A stretch of 64,000 nucleotides of DNA from Promethearchaeota archaeon (GTDB lineage Archaea > Asgardarchaeota > Lokiarchaeia > Sigyniarchaeales > SOKP01), in contig JBHLOY010000002.1 in assembly GCA_048939995.1 (NCBI GenBank), forward strand, positions 288,001 to 352,000, in the 5' to 3' direction. The notes beneath the pieces are model-generated. The model was not told where the DNA came from, made no database searches, and saw nothing but the letters and a program-made list of their open reading frames with translations. Shown piece by piece: positions 1 through 9,802 of the stretch. Both the position numbers and the translations under genes were made by a program. Position 1 is the first letter of the stretch. Every line of letters starts with the position of its first letter.

Positions 1-1
1 A

Positions 2-1129
2 GCTTCCAAAATTGAGAATTTAATTCATCAATTAGAAAGGATTAATTCAGATTATGTAAAGGATATTGAATGGCTTACAAATCAGAGAGATAAGAAAGCA
101 TTCATTAGTTTAACTGAATATCGCGAAAAAATTTTAGGAGAAAAAGCATTAGAGATGGAATTTAACGAAGATATTGCTGTAACTTTAGAACTATCAGCAT
201 GTCAGTATTTTCCTTTCCTTATAGATATCACTAAAGATGCTATTGAGACTCAACAGTTAGTTCCAGGGAGGATTATACGTGTTAGAAATATGAAAGAACA
301 AGAAAAAGATGGAGATTTAATTGCAATGGCTGCAGCAATGCAAATTATAGGATCGAGTTGGGTTGAAACACTAGATACAAAAGGTACTGCCCCTGGTCCA
401 GATGGGCTCCCTGTCAATGTACATCTAGGGGGACCAGATACAATTACTGGTTATTTTGGCGGTGTTGGTCAACCAAATGACTATGCTTTAAAATGGATTG
501 ATGAATTCCTATACTATTATACTAATTATGGAATAAGGCAAGTTCTTAATGTAAATCCCGGAACGGTCCTCCTTGGTTATTTTATTTATAAATTAGGCAT
601 CAATAATGAATTTAAAATCAGTGTATATATGGGAAATGATAATCCTTATTCATGTCTTTGGACTCTTTTAACTGCTAAACTATTCGCACGAGAAGATGGA
701 ACTAGCCCTTTAATTGGTTTTAATCTTGCTAATTCGGTAAATAATGAAACTCTTGAATTAGCTGCTTATATCAGAAAAGAATTCAATTTTGAAGATGTAG
801 TTAGACTTGAACATCATATTACTGAAACTTGGAAAAGTATAGTAAGACAACCTTATGATAGGAGAGATGAGCTCTTAGAATTAGCACCTAAAGTAAAGAA
901 CGTAAGTGCTAAACATGAAGGAGGAGATGTTGAAGTAGAAGAAAAAAGAGAACACCCTACAGATATACTTGAATATTTCATGCCAAAAGAAGAATTGAAG
1001 AAAGCTGGATTATGGGATTTCTTACGTATAAATCATCTTGACAGATATCGGGCTGTGAATCACACAGCTCAAGTGCTAACAGAAAAAGGAATTCCATTTA
1101 TTGCTGCGAAGAATTTACATTATCGATAG
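2..1129 (+). CDS. Conserved hypothetical protein, 5'-truncated by the window edge
   Basis: The frame of ORF 155..1129 is open from base 2 (ASKIENLIHQ...), so the real start is upstream of the window. Enzyme-like Gly-rich segments (VHLGGPDTITGYFGGVGQPN), but family not recognised. Confidence 0.75.
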   Translation, partial: ASKIENLIHQLERINSDYVKDIEWLTNQRDKKAFISLTEYREKILGEKALEMEFNEDIAVTLELSACQYFPFLIDITKDAIETQQLVPGRIIRVRNMKEQEKDGDLIAMAAAMQIIGSSWVETLDTKGTAPGPDGLPVNVHLGGPDTITGYFGGVGQPNDYALKWIDEFLYYYTNYGIRQVLNVNPGTVLLGYFIYKLGINNEFKISVYMGNDNPYSCLWTLLTAKLFAREDGTSPLIGFNLANSVNNETLELAAYIRKEFNFEDVVRLEHHITETWKSIVRQPYDRRDELLELAPKVKNVSAKHEGGDVEVEEKREHPTDILEYFMPKEELKKAGLWDFLRINHLDRYRAVNHTAQVLTEKGIPFIAAKNLHYR

Positions 1130-1181
1130 AAGAAAGGTGACATGAAACACGAATATTTTACCTCAATATTTCAAGCAATTA

Positions 1182-1991
1182 TTGAAAGTATATCGCAGAA
1201 ACATTATTTATTTGCTGAAAAAAATAATTTTAAATTTTTTTTTTCAATTAACTAAAACAGAATATCTGATTGAAAATATTAACTCTGTTCTTGAAAAGTA
1301 TAATTCTTATATGACTTACTTTGTCACTGGATACATTCTTGAAGGTCATCCTGAAAGAGTGAATCTTTTTAAAAATTCACCGCATATAGCTCTTCCCCAT
1401 GGCTATAAACATTTTAATCTACAAGAATTAACGGTTCCTCAGGCAATTCAAGAAATAAAGAAATCTAAACAAACGTTTGATGACAATCATCTTGAATCAT
1501 GGTGTTTCCGTGCACCATATGCAGTGAATTCCATCAGTAGTCTAGGAACAGCTAAATTCTATGAAATACTTAAAGAGATGGGATTCCTATGTTCCAGTTC
1601 AGAATTTCAAGAGAATCCACCTTGGAAACCAGTAAATCAATTTATTCCTGAATATGTAATGGCAAGACCTAGCGATGATCAACTCATTGATAAAATGGGA
1701 ATTTGGGATGCAAAACTTATCGCTAAACATTTTATTAAATCAATTTGTAGTACTAAAGGCTCAATTATAATTTTTGATATGCATCCCATACGAATGGGGC
1801 AAAAAAAGTTCATAATTGCATTAGATGCTATTTGTAAGTTTGTGGAGAGAGATTCTAAATCAATTTTAATCGGATTCAAAGAAGCTGTAGAAAGTTATAG
1901 GAAAGAACAAGAGAAAAATTTTGTATGTATTACAGGTGATATTGACACATGGTCATATTTTGACTATATTAGGAGATTGAAAACTAGATAA
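1182..1991 (+). CDS. Polysaccharide deacetylase (NodB/CE4) family protein
   Basis: TYFVTG, HGYKH metal motif, FRAPY, DMHP. Start uncertain: the frame is open from 1146, and the RBS-preceded ATG at 1142 is out of frame. Confidence 0.75.
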   Translation: MKVYRRNIIYLLKKIILNFFFQLTKTEYLIENINSVLEKYNSYMTYFVTGYILEGHPERVNLFKNSPHIALPHGYKHFNLQELTVPQAIQEIKKSKQTFDDNHLESWCFRAPYAVNSISSLGTAKFYEILKEMGFLCSSSEFQENPPWKPVNQFIPEYVMARPSDDQLIDKMGIWDAKLIAKHFIKSICSTKGSIIIFDMHPIRMGQKKFIIALDAICKFVERDSKSILIGFKEAVESYRKEQEKNFVCITGDIDTWSYFDYIRRLKTR

Positions 1992-2063
1992 TATATAAAC
2001 CTTCAAGAACAGCTTATTAGTAATATGAATTTAATTTAAGAAAAAAGGAATATTAAAAAAAAT

Positions 2064-2615
2064 ATGAGTAAATTTTCTCGAGAAAAAGAATTAAAGCTCC
2101 GAGAGAAATTAGAGCAAATTAAGAAAAAAAGAAGGAAAACCATATTTGGGCGATTTATGGTTAGATTTATTAATGTTTTAGCAAGGCACATACCGGGTGG
2201 ATTTACACGAGCAAGATTGCATAAAATAAAAGGCGTGGTAATGGGTAAAAATGTATGGATAGGGGAAGATGTTTATATAGATAATGAGTATCCCTTTTTA
2301 ATTTTCATTGAAGATAATGTAGAAATTGCTGCTTATTCGATGATTATGGCCCACGGGAGAGATTTACATCTTCTCCGACCAGGGATGTATGTGTCAGATT
2401 TAGGGTATCCACCTTCACCAGTGAGAATTAAAAAAGGATGTTGGCTAGGATTACACAGTATTGTCTTAGGAGGAGTAACAATCGGTGAGGGTTCTGTTAT
2501 TGCTGCTGGATCCGTTGTTACAAAAGATATACCGGATTTTGCGCTTGCTGGTGGAACCCCGGCAAAAGTAATTAAATATTTACCTGGTTCAAAAAATTAT
2601 ATCTCAAAAGAATAG
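2064..2615 (+). CDS. Left-handed beta-helix (hexapeptide) acyltransferase
   Basis: Hexapeptide repeats (VRIKKGCWLGLHSIVLGGVTIGEGSVIAAGSVVTKD) and GGTPAKVI. Confidence 0.88.
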   Translation: MSKFSREKELKLREKLEQIKKKRRKTIFGRFMVRFINVLARHIPGGFTRARLHKIKGVVMGKNVWIGEDVYIDNEYPFLIFIEDNVEIAAYSMIMAHGRDLHLLRPGMYVSDLGYPPSPVRIKKGCWLGLHSIVLGGVTIGEGSVIAAGSVVTKDIPDFALAGGTPAKVIKYLPGSKNYISKE

Positions 2616-2632
2616 ATGAAATAATAATTATT

Positions 2633-4120
2633 ATGAGTAAATTTAGTTTTAGACCAATTGGTGTCATGCCGGCTCTAATAACTCCATTTAATAAAGATGA
2701 GTCCATAAATGAAGAACAATTAAGAAACTTAATAAATTATCTTATTGAACAAGGAGTTAATGGGCTTGTTCCAGTTGGTACAACTGGAGAATTTGTAAAT
2801 ATGACATTCCAAGAACGTTTGGAAGTCATTAAAATTGTTGTAGATGAAACAAATGGACGTATACCAGTTATAGCTGGAACTGGAGAAACTGGAACAAAAC
2901 TAGTCGTAGATGCTACTAAAGCTGCAACAGATATTGGAGTTGATGCTGTACTTATCGTTACACCTTATTATCTGAAACCAAAGGCAAAAGGGTTATATGA
3001 TCATTACTTTACGATTGCTGAAAAAACAGATATTCCTATAGTTTTGTACAATATACCTGCTTGTACAGGAGTAGAATTACCTTGGACTGTCGTGGAGGAT
3101 TTAGTAGATATTGAAAATATAGTTGGTATTAAAGACTCTAGTGGAGATTATAAATATTTCTCAGCTTTATTAGAGAAAGTTAGCGATAAAATTTCAGTTC
3201 TTATTGGATGGGATGAAAACGTATTAGGTGCCCTCGCAGGAGGCGCTGCTGGATGCATTCTAGGATCGGCAAATGTATTTCCTAAATTTTGGCTTGAGAT
3301 TTATAATTGTGTTAGAAATAATCAATTGCAAGAGGCTCAATTGCTTCAAAAGAAGGTTCAAAAATTAGCTCGATTATTAATTAATTCTGGGGCGCTTGGG
3401 GTTAAATCATGCCTAAATATGATGAACATTCCAGTCGGAAAGACACGACAACCGCTCGTTTTGGGAGATACACTCTCATATGAAATAAAGGATGAATTAC
3501 GAGTAGAATTAGAAAAGTTAGGATTAATTGAAAAATCAGAAATTCAATTTGAATTTGGAGATAAACCCCTAATAAGCCGCTTCTATGCTGTTGGAATTAC
3601 ACCACAGAAAATTTCTGATTTTGGATTAAAAGTGGGAGAATCGCTTGTAGGGGAACGTGTGGAACTAGCACATATTGACATACTGATTGGTAAAAAAGAT
3701 GGCCCAGTTGGTAATGCTTATGCTCAAGCATTAACCAACCCAGAAGAAGGTCGTGAAGGGCTTCAAGTTATATTAGAACCTAATATGCAAGTAAAGCCAC
3801 CAACAATTATGATTCCCACAGTGAGACCTACCTCGCTTCGCCACGCTAGCTTAACCTATGGACCTGCTCAAGCCGCTATTGCAAAAGCAGTTATGCAATG
3901 TGTTGAAGACGGCATTCTTCCTAAAGAATTAGGAGATGAAATTGTGTTAATTGTCAATGTTTTTGTCCATCCTAGTGCTAGCGCAAGAAAACGAGTATTT
4001 ATCAATAATTATAAAGCAACTAGAAATGCTATCAGAAAAGCAATGGAAGGAGTGCCGACTGTAGAAGATGGAATTGAAAATATGGAAAATGCTAGACATC
4101 CATTCAGAAATGATCCTTAA
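2633..4120 (+). CDS. DHDPS/DapA-family class I aldolase fused to a C-terminal formaldehyde-activating enzyme (Fae) domain
   Basis: N-terminal ~300 aa has GTTGE, TPYY, LYNIP and GIKDSSGD (Schiff-base Lys). C-terminal ~165 aa has VGESLVG...AHIDILIGKKDGPVG, KPPTIMIP, GPAQAAIAKAV, VFVHP and NYKATRNAI, typical of Fae. Confidence 0.88.
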   Translation: MSKFSFRPIGVMPALITPFNKDESINEEQLRNLINYLIEQGVNGLVPVGTTGEFVNMTFQERLEVIKIVVDETNGRIPVIAGTGETGTKLVVDATKAATDIGVDAVLIVTPYYLKPKAKGLYDHYFTIAEKTDIPIVLYNIPACTGVELPWTVVEDLVDIENIVGIKDSSGDYKYFSALLEKVSDKISVLIGWDENVLGALAGGAAGCILGSANVFPKFWLEIYNCVRNNQLQEAQLLQKKVQKLARLLINSGALGVKSCLNMMNIPVGKTRQPLVLGDTLSYEIKDELRVELEKLGLIEKSEIQFEFGDKPLISRFYAVGITPQKISDFGLKVGESLVGERVELAHIDILIGKKDGPVGNAYAQALTNPEEGREGLQVILEPNMQVKPPTIMIPTVRPTSLRHASLTYGPAQAAIAKAVMQCVEDGILPKELGDEIVLIVNVFVHPSASARKRVFINNYKATRNAIRKAMEGVPTVEDGIENMENARHPFRNDP

Positions 4121-4122
4121 AA

Positions 4123-4734
4123 CTAGTTCATTTCAATTTTTTTAATAGTTAAATGAATTCCAAATATTATCAATACAATTCCTAGCGCAAGCCAAGCAAT
4201 CGAAAAAATATACGGATGATCGGTAAAGTTTATAACTAGCATAATAAAAAATACGATATTAGTTATACCAATTGAGGTAGATATCACACCTAAACCTTGA
4301 TTAGCCCTTTTTCTAGCTTTTTTACTATGAATAATCCAATCTGATGAAATTAAAAAAATACCATATATAATTAGAAAAATGCCAATTAATATTAAAGGTA
4401 TAAATACTAAATTCTGGAGAAGATTAAATGGTAAAAGTCTAAGATCCAAACTTGTTATCAATGTCCCTAAAATTGGAACAATACCGGTAATAATTAAAAT
4501 TAATCCTTTAACTTTTGATACGAGTCTTACTCCAAAGATTAAATATATACCAAAAAACATAGTCGATACACCAAATACCATAAGAGGAACTGCCAAAATA
4601 ACATAAATTCCCTTCCACAGCTCCCAAGTTAAAAACATACTCCAAATTGTAGCTAGAGCAATTACTAAAAAAATAACTCCTAAAACACTCAAAAATAGTC
4701 CTAAACCTTTACTTTCCATGAAAATAACTCCCAA
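4123..4734 (-). CDS. Hypothetical integral membrane protein (~6 TM)
   Basis: Alternating hydrophobic segments across the 203-aa ORF. Confidence 0.75.
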   Translation of the reverse strand: MGVIFMESKGLGLFLSVLGVIFLVIALATIWSMFLTWELWKGIYVILAVPLMVFGVSTMFFGIYLIFGVRLVSKVKGLILIITGIVPILGTLITSLDLRLLPFNLLQNLVFIPLILIGIFLIIYGIFLISSDWIIHSKKARKRANQGLGVISTSIGITNIVFFIMLVINFTDHPYIFSIAWLALGIVLIIFGIHLTIKKIEMN

Positions 4735-4895
4735 AAAGATTACATTTTATATTTTATTAATATTAATTCTTCAAAATCTTAAATTTCTTACTTAATTTGG
4801 TTAAAATTTAATAGTTAATAATGTCAATTTTGATATTTTTCAAAATTTAATTATTATTAAGAAATAAAATTTTTTCAGTTTATAACTGAAATAAT

Positions 4896-5396
4896 GTGAT
4901 GATTTTGGTAGATAAAAAAGTTACTCTCAAAATAGGTGATAAGGCTCCCGAATTTTGTCTTCCTGATAAAGATAAAAAACAAGTATGTTTGAAGGATTTT
5001 AGTGGTAAATACAGTATAGTTTACTTTTATCCCGCTGATAACACCCCTGGTTGTACAACTGAAGCGATTGGATTTACAAATATCTTACCGGAGCTCCAAA
5101 AGCTTGATGCAGAAGTCATAGGTATTAGCCCAGATAGTCCTGAGTCTCATGCTAAATTTATTGAAAAGAAAAACTTGAAAGTTACTTTGTTAAGTGATAT
5201 TAATCATGAGACAATGAATAAATATGGTGCTTGGGGACTTAAAAAATTTAGAGGGAAAACGTATATGGGAGTTATAAGAAGTACATTTTTAGTTGAATCA
5301 AAGGGAAAGATTGCTCATATTTGGCCTAAAGTTAGCGTGAAGGGACATGCAGAGGAAGTCAAAGATGTACTTAAAAACTTAAAAAATATAGCTTAA
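4896..5396 (+). CDS. bcp: Peroxiredoxin BCP/PrxQ
   Basis: YFYPADNTPGCTTEA peroxidatic motif, GISPDS, RSTFLV, GHAEEV. Confidence 0.92.
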   Translation: MMILVDKKVTLKIGDKAPEFCLPDKDKKQVCLKDFSGKYSIVYFYPADNTPGCTTEAIGFTNILPELQKLDAEVIGISPDSPESHAKFIEKKNLKVTLLSDINHETMNKYGAWGLKKFRGKTYMGVIRSTFLVESKGKIAHIWPKVSVKGHAEEVKDVLKNLKNIA

Positions 5397-5665
5397 AATT
5401 TTTTTATTCTATTTTTTTCTCTTAAAATCAATATAAGTATAACTCCTATTAAAGAAATCTCCTGTATTTGATTAAAAATTGGCCGATAAAACTTCAATAT
5501 ACATGTTTTTCTATGAAATATTACAACTTTTGTTCAAATACCTTATGTTTATTAGTCATAATCCTATTTCTTTGATTAAAAATCAGCATGATATTGAAAT
5601 TTTGAATATTTCTTATAATTTTTAGAGAAAAACTTAAAAAATTAATTGAAAATATTCATTTCATC

Positions 5666-5749
5666 ATGGATGTTATAGAAGCAATCGAAAAAAGAAGAGC
5701 ATACAGATCTCTTGATGACATAATAATCTTCGATGAAACTATAAATTAA
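5666..5749 (+). pseudogene. N-terminal remnant of a nitroreductase-family gene
   Basis: ATG at 5666 gives MDVIEAIEKRRAYRSLDDIIIFDETIN*, the typical nitroreductase start (M-D-V-x-E-A-I-x-x-R-R-x-x-R), ending after 27 codons. Confidence 0.6.
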
Positions 5750-5769
5750 AAGAGTAGAGGTGTTTTAAA

Positions 5770-7839
5770 GTCACAAAATCTAATCATTTAAAATCTGAAA
5801 AAAGTCCTTATTTAATACAACACGCTAATAATCCCGTTGATTGGTATCCCTGGTCAGAAGAGGCTTTTACAAAAGCTAAAAACGATAATAAACCAATCTT
5901 TTTGTCAATAGGATATTCTACATGTCATTGGTGCCACGTAATGGCTCATGAAAGTTTTGAAAATGAAAGAGTAGCTGATTTAATGAATGATACCTTTATT
6001 TCAATTAAGGTTGACAGAGAAGAACGGCCTGATATAGATAATATTTACATGAAAGTCTGTCAGATGATGACTGGTTCTGGTGGTTGGCCATTGACCATTC
6101 TCCTTACACCTGACAAAAAACCTTTTTTTGCTGGAACTTATTTTCCTAAGGAAACTAGATTTGGAAGGATTGGTCTTGTAGATTTAATTAAGAGAGTTAA
6201 GAACCTTTGGCTGAATAATAACGCAGAGTTAAAAGATTCAGCTGAAAAAATTACACTATCACTCCAAAACTTAACTCAAGAAGCTCCTGGAGAAAAATTT
6301 ACTAAAAAAATATTAAATAAGACTTATAATCAATTAGTACTCTCTTTTGATTCGGAATACGGGGGATTTAGTGAAAGGCCTAAATTTCCTACTCCACATA
6401 ACCTACAATTTTTATTGCGATATTGGAAACGTACTGGAGAGGAAAAGGCAGTCCGCATGGTCGAAAAGACTTTAACGCAAATACGTGCAGGTGGGATATA
6501 TGATCATATTGGATTTGGAATTCATAGATATTCTACTGATCGGTATTGGCTTGTTCCTCATTTTGAAAAAATGTTATATGACCAGGCCTTAATAGCTCTC
6601 ACTTACATTGAAGCATATTCAGCAACAAAAAAAGAAATATATAAAAAAGTTGCTGAAGAAATTTTCAATTATGTTATTCGTGATATGAGATCCCCTGAAG
6701 GAGGTTTTTATTCAGCTGAAGATGCTGATAGTGAAGGTAAAGAAGGGAAATTTTATTTATGGAAAGAATCTGAATTAAGACAAATTCTCAATGCAGAAGA
6801 AGCGGATTATTTTATAAGACTTTATAGTATAAGTCAGTCTGGTAATTATTTAGAAGAATCAACTGGAAAGAAAATAGGTAAAAATATACCTCATTTAAAG
6901 GACGTAAGCGAACTCAAACAGGAAAAAAGTTACTTAAAAATTGATTCTATACGTCAGAAATTATATAATCAACGTGAGAAAAGGATTCATCCTTCTAAAG
7001 ATGATAAAATATTGACTGATTGGAATGGATTAATGATTGCAGCCCTATCAAGAGGAGCCAAAGTTTTAAAAAATAAATCATACTTAGACGTTGCACAGAA
7101 AGCAACTACATTTATTCTAAACAATCTTATAACAGAAAATGAGTCGCTCCTTCATCGTTATAAAGATGGAAGCGCTGAAATTGAAGGTTATTTAACTGAT
7201 TATGCTTTTTTTATTTGGGGCTTAATTGAACTTTTTGAGGCTACATTTGATATAAATTACTTAGAAATAGCTATAAAAATGAATAATTACCAAATTAAAC
7301 ATTTTTGGGATAATGAGGTTGGGGGGTTTTACTTCACATCTGATCTTAATGAAGAGTTATTAATCAGACAAAAAGAGATCTATGATGGTGCTATTCCCTC
7401 AGGAAATTCGGTTTCGATGTTAAACTTATTGCGGTTAAGTTATATTACAGGGGACCATGAATTAGAAACGAAAGCTGATATTTTAAGCAGAGTTTTTAGT
7501 GGTAAGTTAGAAGTGGCTCCAGTTGCTTATACCCAATTTATGGTTGCGGCTGATTTCGCTATTGGTCCTACGTATTCATTAGTTATTTCTGGTAATAGTA
7601 CTTCCCAAGATACAATAGAAATGCTAGAAACTATCAATAAGGAGTATCTCCCCAATAAAGTGCTTTTACTTAGAAAAATGGAACAAAAGACTCCTGATAT
7701 CGATAAGTTATCCAATTTTGTACAATTCTTTGATGATTTAAATGGTGAAGCTACTGCTTATGTATGTATAGACAAAACTTGTAAGCCTCCTACTCATGAT
7801 ATCGAAAAAATGCTTGAATATCTAAATTCTAACTGGTAA
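5770..7839 (+). CDS. Thioredoxin-domain / six-hairpin glycosidase-like protein (YyaL/SSP411/DUF255 family)
   Basis: [54 protein letters not shown]. The conserved N-terminus ([24 protein letters not shown]) lies in frame upstream of the ORF-track start at 5902. Confidence 0.92.
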   Translation, partial: VTKSNHLKSEKSPYLIQHANNPVDWYPWSEEAFTKAKNDNKPIFLSIGYSTCHWCHVMAHESFENERVADLMNDTFISIKVDREERPDIDNIYMKVCQMMTGSGGWPLTILLTPDKKPFFAGTYFPKETRFGRIGLVDLIKRVKNLWLNNNAELKDSAEKITLSLQNLTQEAPGEKFTKKILNKTYNQLVLSFDSEYGGFSERPKFPTPHNLQFLLRYWKRTGEEKAVRMVEKTLTQIRAGGIYDHIGFGIHRYSTDRYWLVPHFEKMLYDQALIALTYIEAYSATKKEIYKKVAEEIFNYVIRDMRSPEGGFYSAEDADSEGKEGKFYLWKESELRQILNAEEADYFIRLYSISQSGNYLEESTGKKIGKNIPHLKDVSELKQEKSYLKIDSIRQKLYNQREKRIHPSKDDKILTDWNGLMIAALSRGAKVLKNKSYLDVAQKATTFILNNLITENESLLHRYKDGSAEIEGYLTDYAFFIWGLIELFEATFDINYLEIAIKMNNYQIKHFWDNEVGGFYFTSDLNEELLIRQKEIYDGAIPSGNSVSMLNLLRLSYITGDHELETKADILSRVFSGKLEVAPVAYTQFMVAADFAIGPTYSLVISGNSTSQDTIEMLETINKEYLPNKVLLLRKMEQKTPDIDKLSNFVQFFDDLNGEATAYVCIDKTCKPPTHDIEKMLEYLNSNW

Positions 7840-7858
7840 TTCTTGCTTGCAAGCTAAA

Positions 7859-8050
7859 TTAACGCCTTTCAGTTATTACATCTATTATCTCTAGAGGGAT
7901 ATAAATCAAATTATTATATTTGTCCTTTAAAATTACTATATTCTCATCTGTAATAGAATCAAGAATTCCACCAAATTCTCTTTCAATATGTTTAATGTAA
8001 ATATAAACATCTATTTCTACTAATCTTTCTACCAAACTTTTTGGAATCAT
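7859..8050 (-). CDS. Small Sm/LSm/Hfq-like fold protein
   Basis: 63 aa with an Sm1-like pattern (VYIYIKHIEREFGGILDSITDENIVILKD) and an Sm2-like strand (LIYIPLEIIDVI). Confidence 0.55.
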   Translation of the reverse strand: MIPKSLVERLVEIDVYIYIKHIEREFGGILDSITDENIVILKDKYNNLIYIPLEIIDVITERR

Positions 8051-8216
8051 CTTTAAATTAAAATTTTTTATTTTAATATTTGAAATAATCTTTCAAAGTT
8101 TTTAATTTTAAATCCAAGTTTGGAAATTAAAGCAATTAATTATAAAAATCGATGAGTAGACATCAGATTATTTAATATTTCTTAGAATAAGCTCTAATTT
8201 ATAACAACTGTATCCT

Positions 8217-9746
8217 TCACTTATTTTTCAATTTTTTTCTTTTTTGGGCAATTAGTTGGATAATTACGAGGCCTAATAGAATTCCCGCGCCAGATGTTAA
8301 AATGATAGCTTCTATCGGAAAACTGCCACTATCTATGTTCTCTCCATAAACACATCCACTATTATTACTAAATTTATTATCATGACAATCTTGTTCTGCG
8401 ATACATATTCCATTATCTAGAATAATATTTTGCGAGATCGTGTTAAAATTGCTCTCCACCAAAAAGATTCCATATTGGCTGTGATTGTATATGAAGTTAT
8501 CGATTATATCATTAAAACTTGTCCTATTCAGAAATATACCAGAATATTCATTTTCATCAATGATGTTTTCAGAAACTTGATTACTGGTACAATATAAAAT
8601 TCTGATTCCATACAGGTTGTATGACATTGAGTTTTCTAAAATATTGTTATGATCGCTAAAAACCATAAAAATACCTTCTCTGTTTCTATTTATTTTATTT
8701 TGTTTAATATCATTATAAAAAGTAAGAATTAGCCCAATTCCTGATTCTCTATTATCGCTTACATTATTTTCTGAAATTAAGTTATAATCACTCTGATCTA
8801 AAGTTATTCCATATCTATCATTATTGTATGCATTATTTCTCGTAATCTTAGTATCATAATTATAATATAATGAGATTCCATCTGTATTGCTATATGCAAT
8901 ATTGCCAGAGGCATTGTTATAAGATCCATATCTAATATATATTCCACATCCACTTTTGTTAGCAACATTATTTGAAATCCTATTCCAATCACTATGATTT
9001 AAATAAATTCCATAAAGTTCGCTTTTGGTTACTTTATTTTCTGAAATAGAATTATCATAACTATTCAACAATCTAATTCCAAAATTATTATTCTGTACTA
9101 TATTTCCTACAATCATAGTGTTATTGCTATCTACTAAATTTATCCCAGCTCCCATTATAAGCCCGCTGCTATTTGCTACCTTATTACTTAAAATCTTATT
9201 GAAGCTACTCTGATTTAAATTTATACCCATTAAACCACTATTATTTACTACATTACCCACAATAGAATTATTATGACTTTTTATCAAATTAATCCCCACA
9301 GAATTAGTTAAACAATAATTTTCGATTATCTGAGAATTATTCACATTCTCGAATTCAATTCCTGCATTCAGCCATCCAGTTCCTGAATTATACACAGAAC
9401 AATTTTCAATTATGAAATAGACGTTAGAATTTTCGATTAATATGCCATTTTCAGAGAATTCTGCATCAATTACTAGATCTTTTATAACGTAAGGTTTCGA
9501 ATAAGTGCCGTTTCCTGTGCAAATATCTGCAGTTCTAACTGCTGTCCAATTATTATTAATATGAATTCTACCAGATATTTGTGCTCTCTTCAATTTTTTA
9601 AAGTCATATTTTGGGCTTTTCTGGTTGAAAGATGGTATTATGTTAGAATTTTCATTTACAATTGTTAATAATACGCAAAGGAAAGCTAAGGTTATTGAAA
9701 TCAAAATTTTAGTTTTTGCATTTAATTTCACTTTAAAAACGCCCAA
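8217..9746 (-). CDS. Surface-anchored right-handed beta-helix (NosD/CASH-repeat) protein
   Basis: N-terminal hydrophobic signal, many GIxLxxSxxNxIxxN repeats, C-terminal TM helix and basic tail. Confidence 0.88.
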   Translation of the reverse strand: MGVFKVKLNAKTKILISITLAFLCVLLTIVNENSNIIPSFNQKSPKYDFKKLKRAQISGRIHINNNWTAVRTADICTGNGTYSKPYVIKDLVIDAEFSENGILIENSNVYFIIENCSVYNSGTGWLNAGIEFENVNNSQIIENYCLTNSVGINLIKSHNNSIVGNVVNNSGLMGINLNQSSFNKILSNKVANSSGLIMGAGINLVDSNNTMIVGNIVQNNNFGIRLLNSYDNSISENKVTKSELYGIYLNHSDWNRISNNVANKSGCGIYIRYGSYNNASGNIAYSNTDGISLYYNYDTKITRNNAYNNDRYGITLDQSDYNLISENNVSDNRESGIGLILTFYNDIKQNKINRNREGIFMVFSDHNNILENSMSYNLYGIRILYCTSNQVSENIIDENEYSGIFLNRTSFNDIIDNFIYNHSQYGIFLVESNFNTISQNIILDNGICIAEQDCHDNKFSNNSGCVYGENIDSGSFPIEAIILTSGAGILLGLVIIQLIAQKRKKLKNK

Positions 9747-9802
9747 AGCTTTTTATTATAATGTAAAGTAATTATGTAAAGAAACTTTTAAATGCTATTA
9801 AA

